The notes: generated by a model from the sequence alone, not told the origin. 64,000 nt of DNA from Octopus vulgaris (GCA_951406725.2 OX597819.1:49042001-49106000); one strand, 5' to 3'; counted from the stretch's first letter, positions 41,620 through 55,462 are shown. Numbers and translations: made by a program.

Positions 41620-42774
41620 TATGCTGTGTGCGTGAGCGCGCTTCGTGTGTGTGGGCTTGCTTCGGATGTGCGCATGCGTATGTTTGCATACATACCCACA
41701 CACTCGCATGCATCCCTACCCACATACATACACGCACACCTACTCACACACACACATACACACACACACATACCCTCACACACACACATACATACACACA
41801 CACACATACCCACTTCAGACATACACACACACAGACATACACCCATACACCCACACTCACACGCATACACACACACACATACACACGCACACGTACACAT
41901 ACACACACCTACATACATACATTACACTTGTATACACACACACTTACATTCATACACACACACACCTACACAGCCATACCCTCACTCAGACACACACATC
42001 TACCTACACACACACACAAACACACACTGACACACACCCATACATACATACATCTACACACTCACGCCTACACACATACATACACACATACATAAACACA
42101 CACACATACACATACACACACATACGCACACACGCATATACTTATACACATGCACACACACACACATACATACATACACCCATATACATACACACACATA
42201 CCTACATACTCCTATACGCACATACATACACACACACATTACACACGTACACACACACCTACATACACATGCATACACACACACACACAAACATGCACGG
42301 ACACACCCAGACATACATACATACACCTATATACACACACCTACATACACACACATATACACACGCCCACACAGCTACATACACACACATACACGGACAC
42401 ACCCATACATACTTACATACATACACCTATACACACACGCCTACACACACACATGCATACACACACACATGTACGCACATACACACACATATACGCACAT
42501 ACATATATACCCACACACACACACACATACGCACATACATGCACGCATGCACACGCGCACACCTACACGCATACACACACACACACGCACGTACACATAC
42601 ATACATACACACACGCATACATACACCCATACACATACATGCATCCTACACACACATACATACACACTCACACATACATACACACACACGCACTCACTCA
42701 CACACCTGTATGTTCGCGCACACACATGCACATACACACACTTCCCCACACCCACACGTACATACATACACACT

Positions 42775-42805
<31 letters not shown>

Positions 42806-43480
42806 GGACATACATCTATGCACACACATATATACACACATACTCACATACATTCATCGGACACACTGCCACCCAGACATACACACAGACACACTCACAC
42901 ATCCACACACACACATACGTACGCGCACACTCGCAGGCGCGCGCACACACGCGCTTGCGCCGGTTCGCGCACGCATGCGCGCCGCATGCACCTCGACCTT
43001 GGACCCGACGAGACCTCCCGCCCGTTCCTGGGATGTCGCTTGTCGTTGGGTTTTCCCACGCCCGTCTCCGCGGGACCACTCTTCCATCTTCCCCTCCGCT
43101 GGAGTCCTTTTCCTTAACCCCCCTCTTTTTTTCGTTACACACACGCGCACACATATACACACATTGCTTAAACATATACATTACTCTTACACACATTCAA
43201 TCTACTCGCCATTAATACTACCACGACACTGGACACACACACACACTACTACTCAACACACGCTGGCACGCTCCATACGCCCCCACCCCATCCCCTCCCC
43301 TCCCATCCTCCTTCCACCCTTTTCTTACTACTGACCTTTGTCTGCTATGCTGACCACCGTCTCGCCCTACCTCACACGCCTACACACAGACGCACACACT
43401 AACACATACATATATTTTTTGTTTTTTTATCTCGCCTCACACACACACATACACACACGCACACGCACACACATACACAC
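41620..43480. repeat. ~1.9-kb highly degenerate (CA)/(CATA) low-complexity tract
   Basis: Mostly C and A on the + strand with irregular interruptions; GC-rich patch at 42930-43110. Confidence 0.9.
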
Positions 43481-43816
43481 ACATCTGTTGCGTTACCAAC
43501 CTTGTCTCCACTCTTTTGCCTTTAAAAACCCACTTTGCTCTTGTTATCGTAAACATCCGCCTTTCACCATGTGTAACTCCTAACACCAGTCGTTTTTTTC
43601 TCTATCTCCGTTGCCCGCTCCGGGATCTTTCTTTCCTCTCTCTTCCTTCTTTATGTTTCCGACGAAGAGCTCCGCTCGAAACGTCATACCTCCCTGCTTC
43701 CATTTCCTGAGCGCCTATTAATAATAATACTGTAATTGTTCCATTGTTGTTGTTTTTTTGTTTCCCGTTTGGATTAAAATTATATATATATATATATATA
43801 TGTAAATAGCTAATAA

Positions 43817-43854
<38 letters not shown>

Positions 43855-43863
<9 letters not shown>

Positions 43864-44786
43864 TGTTAGAAGTAAATAGACACCCCATAAAACATCGTTT
43901 TCTGTTTATTCTAACTTGTAAAGGTTTATATTTCTTATTAATTAACATTTTAAGGTTTCAGATTCTATATGTGACTGTTTAATCATGCCATGTAAAAAAA
44001 AAAAAAAACCCTTGGAACTGTCTGAATTTCAAAGAGGCTGTATTGTGGGTCATTCTGAAGGTGGATATAGTCAGCGTAAAGTCGCAGAAAACCTTGGGAT
44101 CCTGCTTTCTACAGTTAATAAGAGTGATTGTGCAATTCACCAGAGAGGAGAAGGTGTCCACACCACCTTGTTCAGATCAACCAGGGCCCTCTGACAGGAC
44201 CCTTCTCTTTGCTAAGAGAAGTGTGGAGGATAATCCTCGTTGCAAGACCTCTGACAAAGCAGAGCAAGTTGATGTCAGTCCCAGAACAGCTGTCAGGTAT
44301 CTCCACAAACTTGGTTACTATGGCAGAGCAGGAAGAAGAAAGCTACATCTTTGACCAGCCAATATGAAGTGGTGAAAAGATTGGGCCAGTGAGATGGTGG
44401 AGAAGCCATTAGCATTTTGGGACACTGATTTGCTGTATTTCCTAACAGTGGTTGAGTGTGGGTCTGGAGACTTTGTGATCAAGAATTAGATGTGAAAAGA
44501 TTGCAACCAGCAATGAAACACAGCAGCTATTCTGTGATGGTCTGGGAAACAATTTGGAGCAATGGTTGATCAGAGCTGGTGGAGTGTGAGGGAAAGATAG
44601 ACTCAAATAAATATGTGTCCATATTGCAGAAAGGACTCCTTCCAAACTTTTGAAAAATGAAAAGAGCATGTCTACTAAATATTAAATGTTCACATAACAA
44701 CTAACAAATAATTTGAATGTATAATTTCAGATTTAAATAAATTTTAATGATTATAGGGGTGTCTATTTACTTCTTTCATGTGTGTG
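43855..44786 (+). mobile_element. Internally deleted Tc1-like transposon
   Basis: TIRs of about 30 bp (CACATGTTAGAAGTAAATAGACACCCC / GGGGTGTCTATTTACTTCTTTCATGTG) within (TA)n. Frameshifted transposase: ELSEFQRGCIVG...SQRKVAENLGI...VSPRTAVRYLHKLGYYGRAGRRK...SVMVWETIW...GKIDSNKYVSILQKGLLP. Confidence 0.88.
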
Positions 44787-46667
44787 TATATATATATATA
44801 TTTCTGTTTGGTTCATACATAACAAACAACTAGAGAACTTGTGTAGTGTATATTTTATATATTACCTGTAAATAATCCATATTCAGAGCCCTTCCTTTCT
44901 ATAAGTTTTTTTTCTATATAATTAGAAACCCACAAGAGAAAGCCACACATTAATCAACTTATGTTCTTTCAACAACCTTCTTCACTTTGTTTATTCTCAG
45001 AATTGTTTCCTTCTTAAAATATTTGAAGGGAGAAAAAAAAGAAGACAATTATATTTGAACTTGCAGTCATGGTGGTACTGTTCTTTACCTGACAAGCAAA
45101 ATACTTCCTGTATCTGTTCACTTCATATGAATTAATGTATTTCCTTTTAGTCAATGATGTCTGTTTTCTCTCTTCAGTCTACTCAACTGTGATGAGTACC
45201 AGCTGGGTGTTGGTGTGGCCTTCTCCCCACCCTCTCTCTCTGTCACATCCTCAATGTTCTGTTGGGTCAATAGTGAAGCCTTCCCCTACCCCGGAGAGTG
45301 TCTATGTCTGCTTGTGATTACATAGGAACCTAAAACAATGTTATCAAGCCATAGTTTCTCATGGGTATTGACTAGTTGTGCATAGTACAAAGAAGAAATG
45401 TTAACTTTAGTAGTAAAAGCTGTAGCAGTATCAACATCAACACCATCACTACTATCATAGCAAACAGCTACCAAATGTCTAAGCCAAGATTCGAAACTTA
45501 ATCCATAATTTGCTACAAGTCCTCAGCCTATTGTTTTCACCTGTTGGACTAAGAGATTTATGAGAATAGGCTGCATAATAATCATATAAATAAAATGGCC
45601 ATCTCAACAGCAATAAATATTGTTCTTCACTTATTCACATGACACAACATATTGTCTGCAACTATTACACTATTATTAGTATTAATCAGATTTGTAGAAG
45701 AAAGAATAAATTATTGTTAACAGCTTTATGGTTTGTGCTGTCTTGTCTTTGAGATAAATGCTTTACTTACTTACTAAACAGATACTTCACAGATGAGTGA
45801 ACTATCATTTATATCATCATTTCATCATTGCTTTAACATTCACTTCTCCATGTTTGTATGGACTGGACAGAGTTTATTTAGGGAAATTTTTTACAGCCAG
45901 ATGCCAATTCTGATTCCAGCTTCACTTGATTCCAACCAAGGTAATATTGCCACCTGGCTAGATATGTTTTCACAGAATATTGGAGATGAATGACACTGCT
46001 TGTATGACAGTGACACTCAGAACTATCATACAATGTCAAGACAAAGGGACACAAACACACACACTTGCACACATGCAGTATATACATGCATATATAAAAT
46101 AAAATAAATGCATCCTTTTAAAGCCTAGCCAGGCTCATGGGCCTGGTTTCCTGGTTTCAATGGTGTACGTATTCCCCAGCTAGACGCCAGTCCATCGCAG
46201 CATTACTCGTTTTTACCAGCTGAGTGGACTGGAGCAACGTCAAATGAAGTGTTTTGCTCAAGAGCACAACGTGTCGCCTGATCCAGGAATCAAAACCACA
46301 ATCTTATGATCATGATGCTTACACCCTAACCACTAAGCCACACGCCTCCACACATGCATATATACGTATGTATAAAAGAAGAACACAATTAAGGTTGCAT
46401 TTTATTGATGCGTTTTTAGACTACATCATAGCAAAAATCTGCCATCATCAGGTAAGGCAAAAATGGAAGGTGACCAGTTTGCCAACAACCGTGGTGGAAC
46501 AAGTGAAATTTTGAGAAAGTACAATTGAATTTATTGGGAAAGTGGGTCAGAAAGACGAAGGGCAACTAGTCCAAATCTACTTATTTCCAAATTGCTCATC
46601 CTACTTGTTTATATACCTAAATTCTAATGAATTCTGCAACTGATCAATAGATTCTTTTTTTCTTTTA

Positions 46668-46885
46668 TTCTTCTACTTGTTTTAGTCATTTGACTGTGGC
46701 CATGTTGGAGCACAGAAGAAACTGATCCCAGGACTTATTCCTCATAAACCTAGTACTTATTCTAATGGTCTCTTGACATAAACACACCAACAATAGTTGT
46801 CAAGCGATGGTAGGAGGACAAACACAGGCAAAAAATCACACACACACACACATACATACATACATATATATATACGTATATACAT

Positions 46886-46937
<52 letters not shown>

Positions 46938-47092
46938 ACCTTTTTTAGTTTCTAACTACCAGATCCACCCACAAGACTTTGGTTGGCCCGAGGCTGTAGT
47001 AGAAGACATTTGCCCAAGGTGCCATGCAGTGGGACTGAACCTGGAACCATGTATTTGGGAAGCAAGTTTCTAACCACACAGCCATGCCTGCA
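46668..47092 (-). mobile_element. SINE family A (older copy)
   Basis: Match to the family with small deletions. Other fragments at ~39705-39858, ~6335-6500 and ~51197-51355. Confidence 0.8.
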
Positions 47093-47149
<57 letters not shown>

Positions 47150-50100
47150 GTTTCTTTCAGTTTCTCTCTATTGAATCCATCCACAAGGCTTTGGCTGGCC
47201 CCACAGTGGGACTGAATCTGAGGTAAACCTCTCAACCACGTGTCACCTTATATATAAACAAGAATTGAAACACCATTCACTTAATTCTTGCTTGAAATGT
47301 TATTAGTTATATAACATTTCAATATAATTAAAAACTAAGTAATTATTTTTAGTTCAAAATAAGCAATTATAGTCATTAACCAATAACCAGTTGCTGTTAA
47401 TGGCCTCTAAAAATTTGTTGTTAGTAGCATAAATTTGAAGCTTTCATAACATGAACTTTTGTTTTTTCTGACTTGTCAGCCAATAAAAACAATGTTACAT
47501 AAATTGACAAAATAACTGTTTATGTGGATAGGTCCTGAGGACTAAGTGACAAGTTGGTTTCATCTGAAAACGCTAAAATTTGATTAGTTCTCTCATCACC
47601 CCATCACATACATACCCACTCATATGCATGCATTTTTGATATTCAAGGTGATCCTACTGAAAATGTTTTTCTTCTGGGTCCAACTAATAGTTATCACACC
47701 TCGCTTTCAAAGTCAAAAACAGAGGTTTATGAAAATATATATAGGCAGTAAAAATGAGCAAATTAAGCATGCGATTGATATCTGTTGTCATAATATACGG
47801 TGCTGCTTTTGACAAAGATTGGCACATATGTACGTGTGTTTGTGTGTGTGTGTAGATATGTATGTATGTATATATGTAGGTAATGAACTTCATGTATCTA
47901 TGTATGCATGTACGTGTATACACATGCACACAAATATATACACCTACAACAGCAAGGACTGTTTTATGAAACACAGGAAACTAATCAAAGAATACAGAAA
48001 AAAAATATTTGATGTTTTTTCATGTCCTGTATTTGCATCTTTTTTTAAAAAACAAATTTAATGTTATATCTTACAAACTCCTTTCATATTAAACTTATAA
48101 ATAAGTTGAGAGGAATACTACACGGGTAAGTTGGAATTATGTATTTATAAACTGATACTGTTGTGTGTAAGGTTAAAGCTTATTGGGTACAACCAAGTGT
48201 GTACTGTGTGTGGTGACCCATAACAAAGAGGAGTTGATGGATTGGTTACTTTTCATAGAGATCACTTAAATAACAAATGAACAAATAGCTTTTACATGTG
48301 ACAGACATCAAGCCTGGTCCTATGTAGCTGAAGAAAATCCTGTTATTTTTTAACTTAGGAAAGTATAAAGCTAAGGGTATGGCTTTTTTCTTTCATTCTT
48401 TTTTTCCCTCCCACATGTGGAGTTTGTAAGAGAGAAATATAATTGTATATTGGTAAAAGGAAATACTTTTAGGAAGGTTGTGAAATGTGTGGGTGAATGT
48501 AAATTGCAAGAAGAGTCTAGAAGATTTACCTTAGTTAATGATGTACTTGACTGTGAAAAACTGTTGTGAGATTATTTTGTTTGTAACTCAGACAAAACAG
48601 CTTTGAAGCCCCCTTGTTCGCTCTCTCTCTCTCTCAACCTATCTCCATATAAGTAATCTTGAAAGGTAAACACTTAACAGAGGAAGAAATACAAGAAAAG
48701 AACCCTGTTGTAAGAGGCATTGCATTCAATGATAATAATAGGAAACCTAACACCTTAGAAAACCAAAATACTATTTTTAGGGAGCTGAATGTGGAAAAGT
48801 AATTGACAATGTCAAGTATTCTCTTTTAGAACATACATTATTGCTTAACTAAAATGAAGTATAAGAAAACTTGTATTTTCACATTCAGTTTCTTGTGATT
48901 TTCATTACATATAATAAAAATATTTTTTATCGTAATTTTGAAGCTGTTATATTTTATGAAGTAGCTTTCCAACTTTGCTAATCATGTTCTTGGGATAAAG
49001 TTTTTAAAACTCTTTTACTGGTTGCTGTGGCCCATGCTGGTTTATTTGAATAATATTCTTCGTTAATATAGAAAAAAATCAAGGCTTCACATTATCACAT
49101 GTGTTGAGACTGAATTAAGAAAGAAACTACATAACTTTTGTGAAGTCAAAAAATATATTCTGAATTAAAATGCATAAATATTTCTTACACAAAAATACAG
49201 AGATTTGAAAAATAAAATAAAATCTATGAAAATAAATTGATCTCTAAAGAATATTGATTTTTTTTTACTAAGCGCATTTCTTTAATGATTGATTATTGTT
49301 CCAAAATTTGTGGTATTCTCATTGGTGTAGACTGGTATGTTGTTTGGTAGTGTGTTGTGTTGTGCTTGTTTAGCCCCTGGCTAATACTGATTGAACAAAC
49401 AGTTTTTTTTTTCTTTTTTTTTAATCAGGCATAGGACTACATTATCAATATGTCTTTCATTTTTTTAAGCATTAAGTTTGATTATTTTGGTGAAAACTTC
49501 ACTGCTATTTCTAGCAGAGCAAATGATCATGGTATGATATGGTGATGTATATTGTTGTTGCTTGATTGGTCTTCAAGTCATAATCATCCTGTCTTCTATC
49601 TTGGGATAGTACATCCAGGATAGCACTGTTTAATGTGTTCATTTCCTCTAAAGATAGTTGGGGTAGGATTTCAGGTAGATTTAGCTGTTGCTTTTAGTAG
49701 GATAAGAGGCTGCTGTGAAGCATTTCTCATTGAATCAGCTCCATAAAGAAAACTGTTATATCTTATGGAAGTGAGGCAAACTAACTGAATTGTTTTAATA
49801 TAAAAAAAGAAACTATTTAATAATTCTAATGATGAAGAATATAAAGGCCAAGGTGTATCTCAACAATTAATAAATTGTACAACAGCAAAACGAAGATAAT
49901 GCAAAAAAACAATTTGAAAAATTCAAACATTATTAACAGCAGTGCTCAACTATGGTTATGTATTTGCAAGCTGGAACCAATAAGGTAGTAACTGTTGTAT
50001 GTTTCATCTATAATAATTTAAAAAGAAATCACTAAGAGTCATGGCTCTGACACAAATCAGATTATCCGCAGAAAGTCTGAGAAGAACTGAATGAATGGAT

Positions 50101-50775
50101 CTCTGTCAGTTATGACAATAAGGATTCAGCTGTTTGATCAACTGAATTACCTACACATTGAATTAGCACATAGCTGGCTGAGTATTCCACAGACATGTGT
50201 GATATCATAAGTCTTTAAACAGAATGAGCTTGACGCAGTGTGTGACAAGGGTGTAATCTTGAATCACAGATACAACCCATCATATAGAATTCTATACAGT
50301 TCGATTTCACACACACAGAGAGGGTTGATCTGAGGCTGTAGAAAAAAATATTGATCTAAAACACCACAAGTGAGAATTGAAATGGCTCACAGGGTTGCAA
50401 AGCTAATATCTTAAACCTTTAGCATTCATTTTGCTTTACTAAATTATTATTATTCGCTCATTGTCTTGAATTAATCATGCATTATTGTGTAACTTCAAGA
50501 TTTTGAATTTGTGATTATTTATTTTTAGAATGATATGGCAAGATAGGTGTGAGAAGTCAAATGAAATTTGTTGAGGCAGATTTTTTTACTGCTGGATGCC
50601 TCTCCTTTCACAAACTTGCACCTGTTTTCAAGCATGGTGATATTCTCTGTGATCACATATATTTTCATGTAAGATTGAAAGCAAGGGACACCACTTACAA
50701 CTATCACATGCAATCAAGACAAAGAGACACATGCACACATATACATACATGTATGTATGTATGTATGTATGTATG

Positions 50776-50806
<31 letters not shown>

Positions 50807-52598
50807 GTATGTATGTATCTCTTCTATTTTTTAAACATTATAAATCTTCCACTGAGGAGGGAGCTGGCTTCCAACAAAGATACAAGGCTCCATCTTTGGG
50901 ATGTAGTTAACACAGACGAATTCCCGTTTAGAACTTGAGAAAAGTCTTGCATATTTTTACTGTTCTATTCACAGATTGAACTTGTAATGTATGGATCAGC
51001 AGGTCAGTTTCTCTTTCTGAAAATCCCAGTTTATTTACATTCTCCTTAAAGCATCTACTAACAAAACCTAATGCTCCAATACATACATATATGCATATGT
51101 ACGTACGTACGTACGTATGTATGTATGTATATATATATATATATATGTGTATATATGTGTATATATGTATGTATATATATATAAATATATAAATGACAAC
51201 CGATGGTGGTGCGTTTACGTCCCTGTAGCTTAGCAGTTCGGCAAAAGAGACCGCTAGGATAAGTACTAGGCTTACTGAGGTCGATTTGCTTGACTAAAGG
51301 TGTTGCTCCAGCATGACCACAGTCAAATGTCTGAAACAAGTAAAAGAGTAAAGAGTATATATGTGTGTGTGTACGCGTGTGTGTGTGTATTTCTTCTAAG
51401 TTGTGTGTATGCATGTGTGTGTATTTCTTCTAAGTTGTGTGAATTTAATATGATACCAATCAAAACCTTTCTCTAGCTCTCTATCTCACACACCTACACA
51501 CACACACACAGAGCCTATATACATGCACACAGTAAACATAACCATTGCAATAATTCACCTTTTGACACCTATTTATCATAATTGACGTGGATTTGATTAA
51601 ATCTTTGAAATGTGGTTTGGAGTACTAAACAGCATTGTATGAAGTTGATTTCTATGTTTTATACAATCCTTCTTACGATTATCCACCAGATAAGGTATAC
51701 TGTTGCTAGTTAAAACAGCTATCAAGATAACCTATAGATCTGTTCAAACTAGTTGTTGACATTCCAATCCCCCAAATGTTATGGGTTGCAGAACTGATAA
51801 GTGATATGGCAGAAAATGGACAGCTTGCATGTAGTTGAAATAAAAATAGTAAGATTTATTACTGTACAGATACTGTTACAAATTGTGAATGAGTGACTGG
51901 TGGGAGTATTGACCTCTTAGAAAGGGGTTCATATCTCCGGTTAAAAGTGCTTCAGGAAAGAGCTCAGTTTGCTTCAATATATATATAGTTACAAATTATT
52001 TCTGGTAAAATCTTTCCCCCCCCCACCCCCCCGGTTGTAAATGAAACTTTACATGTCATGTTTTTTTTTTCATCTTATTAAAACAAACAAAGGAACCTCT
52101 ACTTCTGTAAGCATTGACAATATGTTTTCTAAATTCAGACCTTTTGCAATATTCATAATGTAGTTTAGCATTGTATATTAATAACAATAGGTAAGCAGCC
52201 ATGTTTTTCAGCAGGCAACTTTTCAGGCTTGTTAATTTATAAATTGTATATAGTTAATTGATGATTAAACATAAATGAATAAATTAATCCTTATAAATTA
52301 TATATAATCATTGTTTATAAATTTCTAAAATTGTTGCCTGTTTCTTTAATAGAATAAGCTGTATATCCTTCACAATCTCTTAAACAAACCCTTATGACGA
52401 ACAAACAAAACATGAAACAGATTAGATTTCTACATAAGGCAGGTTTGTAAGTTCAAATCCCTACTATATTTTATTTCACTCTCACCAGTGGTATAGCTAA
52501 TAGGGGTGAGAGAAGAGCAACCACTCCCTATGAACACATTTTTCACAATTGGTGTTTTTAGTTACCTACATCAGGAGTTGTAAGTTTCATCCATAATG

Positions 52599-52918
52599 AA
52601 ATTGTTATTAGAAATATTGAATTTCTAAATGTCTCGAAGAGACATGAGCAGTGGTGGAACGATAGAGTGGTTGTATAATGTCAACATAACGTGACAGTCC
52701 CATAGAGGGAATTACACCACCGCTGTTTAGCCCTAGGAAGCATCGACGCTTCCTGTCGGCTTTGACACATTTCCTGTGTCCTTATATTTGCAAAGGGGAG
52801 GCAAGCACCCCCACCAGCTAGGACTAGCAACCTGAAGACATGCATGTTTCTGGCTCTTGCCCGTCATCAGTCCAGGGTAGCGAGTCCCGCTAGCGGTGAT
52901 ACTTGCCAAATTGTTATT
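52599..52918 (-). mobile_element. ~310-bp HHR-bearing element (retrozyme/Penelope-like monomer)
   Basis: GC/CpG-richer island in AT-rich flanks. Bounded by the direct repeat AAATTGTTATT (52599-52609 and 52908-52918). Extra hairpins ATGTCTC-GAA-GAGACAT and AGGAAGC-ATCGAC-GCTTCCT. Confidence 0.55.
52811..52899 (-). ncRNA. Type I hammerhead ribozyme motif with extended stem I
   Basis: Minus strand reads ...GGGACTCGCTACCCTGGA CTGATGA CG GGC AAGA GCC A GAAA CA TGCA TG TC^ TTCAGGTTGCTAGTCCTAGCTGGTG. CUGAUGA is at 52870-52864, GAAA at 52850-52847, GUC at 52839-52837. Stem I: CCUGGA/UUCAGG, GGACU/AGUCC, GCUA/UAGC, CACC/GGUG. Confidence 0.8.
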
Positions 52919-54296
52919 GAAAACATGAAATAACTGAATGTAGAATGCAATTACTTACATTATAACTAATGAAATATTTTGTATAATATAAGAGAAGTGA
53001 GTTAAAATTGTTTGATATGTGTCCTGGCACCTTTTTTTATGTGCTTTCTCCCACTAACTTTAGAACATGGCTATGCCTCTGACCTGTCTTTGTATGGTAT
53101 TTCTTTTCTTTTCTGATAGAGTGATCTTTACTCTCCATTTCATATATATGCAACTATTTGTAAAAATGAAATAACAAGAATGGGATAGTTCTGGCTGTAT
53201 GATATCAATGTGTTATTGGAGTGAATAGTTTTCATATGAGTAAAGAAGAAATTTTCTCTAATTCAAAATTAATGTTTTAGAAATATATGTGGATATTAAA
53301 AAAAAAATGGTCAAGTGTAAATAATGTTGATAGGAGATGAGACAGACCATCAATAGAGAGCTAATTATACAACATGCTTTTGTTTTTATCTAACAGATTG
53401 AATTTGAAGACAGCAAGATGGCAATATTGTGATGCTGATCTAGAAAGTATAACCGAAGACTCGCTCATTTACTTACTATCTTCTTTGTAAATTGTCACTG
53501 GCAATAGCACTAAAATTTTTTCTTTTCAATAAAAGAAGAAATGGAAGAAATCACATTGTATAGACAAAAAGATTAAGAATTCCTGGATTATCAAGCATCT
53601 GCAATTACTTTGATAGCACTTTTTTAGTAGTTCTTCTTGTTTTTAATATTTGTAAAGACAAATATCCTTCACACATGACATAACAACTTTAAAATATTTT
53701 TCAGGACTGACAACTCCAACTAATATACTTCTGTTGAAAATTCCATAAAAATTCATACCCAAAATATAAATCTATTTTCTTACCAGGCTTGTTATGATAA
53801 ATAAAAGTGATAATAATAGCATTAACAGATGGGTTAGACAATGATAAAATTATGGAAAATTCTTTTAAAAAAAACTGAAAGAAAAGCTTAACCAATGCAA
53901 GGATGAGAACATGGAAAAATGGATGCAAAATGATGAAATAATGAACAGAATGTATGAATCTGAACTTGCATTAATGTTTGACAGAAAGTTAAATATCTCA
54001 ATGTTTCTGGTGTTTAGCTTGGGAAGCAAATTTATCACTCAAAACATCAGTTGTTAAAAAGTCATAGATATTTTTTTTAAATGGTCTAAATTACCATTAG
54101 ATAGCTATAAATTTTAAAAAGAATAAAAATAAAAATCCAACAAAACAACTCCCTTAAAATATGTTCCCAAATGTTAGGAAAACAAAAACTGAGATGAGAT
54201 GCAGAACTTTTGATATGAATATAAAGTTGCGGTAATTGTTGTTGTTCCGATTAAGCAGACCTATGAGCAAAGACATTCCAGCCATAACTATCCCAT

Positions 54297-54340
<44 letters not shown>

Positions 54341-54359
54341 GATGTATAAAGATATATAT

Positions 54360-54699
54360 GCTGAGCTGAGACCCCCTTCGGTCATGACTGACCATAGGAT
54401 TGCACCTAGAAAGTTACCCTCCCAGGCACAAGTCTGGGCAAGGTTGTTTATGGAAAACCAGCAGTCGCCCATGCATACCGGCCTCCCCTTTCCACACCAC
54501 CAGTGCTATCCAAGGGAAAGGCAAAGGCCGGTACAGCTTGGCCCCTGTGATGTCACAACTCATTTCTACAGCTGAGTGAACTGGAGCAACGTGAAATAAA
54601 GTGTCTTGCTCAAGAACACAACACGCAGCCTGGTCTGGGATTCGAACTTACAACTTTGTGATTGTAAGCTCGACGCTCTAACCACTGAGCCATGTGCCT
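54360..54699 (-). mobile_element. tRNA-headed SINE family D
   Basis: Minus head GGCACATGGCTCAGTGGTTAGAGCG...GTTCGAATCCC and body GTGTTCTTGAGCAAGACACTTTATTTCACGTTGCTCCAG. Relatives at ~4890-5112, 5160-5405, 6568-6868, 36100-36267, 46112-46350. Confidence 0.85.
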
Positions 54700-55385
54700 T
54701 GATATATATTCACACACATATATAGAGTGAACAAACATGATGATAATATTTAATCTTTTCAAGAACTAACTCAGGCTACCCTAGTGTTTAACTCTTGTTT
54801 CTGAGACAAAGCAAATGAAAGATTACTCTTTACAGATTACTATTCCTGAGAAATAGATAACTAAGATGTCTATTAAGTGCTTTGCTCAAAGACAAAATGG
54901 AAAACCTGTAGCATTGTTTCCTTGTATCTAAGAGCAAAGTGCTTAATTTTTGTCTATGACAAAACTGTAATTTCTTGTATATTATTGATACTTATTGATA
55001 GTAATAAAACCTAGTATCATGGACTGAGTTGGCTGTAAGTCAACAAGAAGTCTCTTCATGGTCTTTGGTCTGTTAGAAATAACCACTAAATCCTTTGAAA
55101 TCCCCTCTAAAGGAAAATACATATTGGACAATGTAATCTTATATGTCCCTAAAAATGTAGGAAGTTCAAGGCTGGAATACTCTTTAATCATGTCTGCTCA
55201 AGCTAACCAACAACAACAACAACTGAGTTGGTTATTTTTACAGCTCTGTATGATTGAAATAAATTATAATTAGATAAATGATAAGCAGCAAACTTTGTTA
55301 CTTCAAATATTTTCTGTGATATTTAGAAAAAATAATTTATGAATATAACAAAACAACTGTTGTGAGTAATAAAAATGTATGTATG

Positions 55386-55462
55386 TAAGAAAAGAAATAT
55401 GTGAGAATAGAAGTATATGAGAACAGAAGTATGTGAGAATAGAAGTATGTGAGAATAGAAGT
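55386..55462. repeat. 16-bp minisatellite (AGAATAGAAGTATGTG)n just inside the intron
   Basis: About 4.5 units, starting ~38 nt past the donor at 55500. Confidence 0.85.

Noticed and set aside
41607-43334. 490-aa, 394-aa and 248-aa His/Thr-rich ORFs
   Set aside because: Translations of CA-rich low-complexity DNA that rarely contains stops; open in all frames.
45155-45285. Minus-strand peptide GKASLLTQQNIEDV as a GKAP-domain exon
   Set aside because: No acceptor, a stop immediately upstream, and the conserved segment between the two motifs is missing; likely chance.
50851-50890. CTGAGGA plus short hairpin as a hammerhead (also CTGATGA at ~15086, ~31381, ~36984)
   Set aside because: No GAAA, stem III or NUH in the right geometry.
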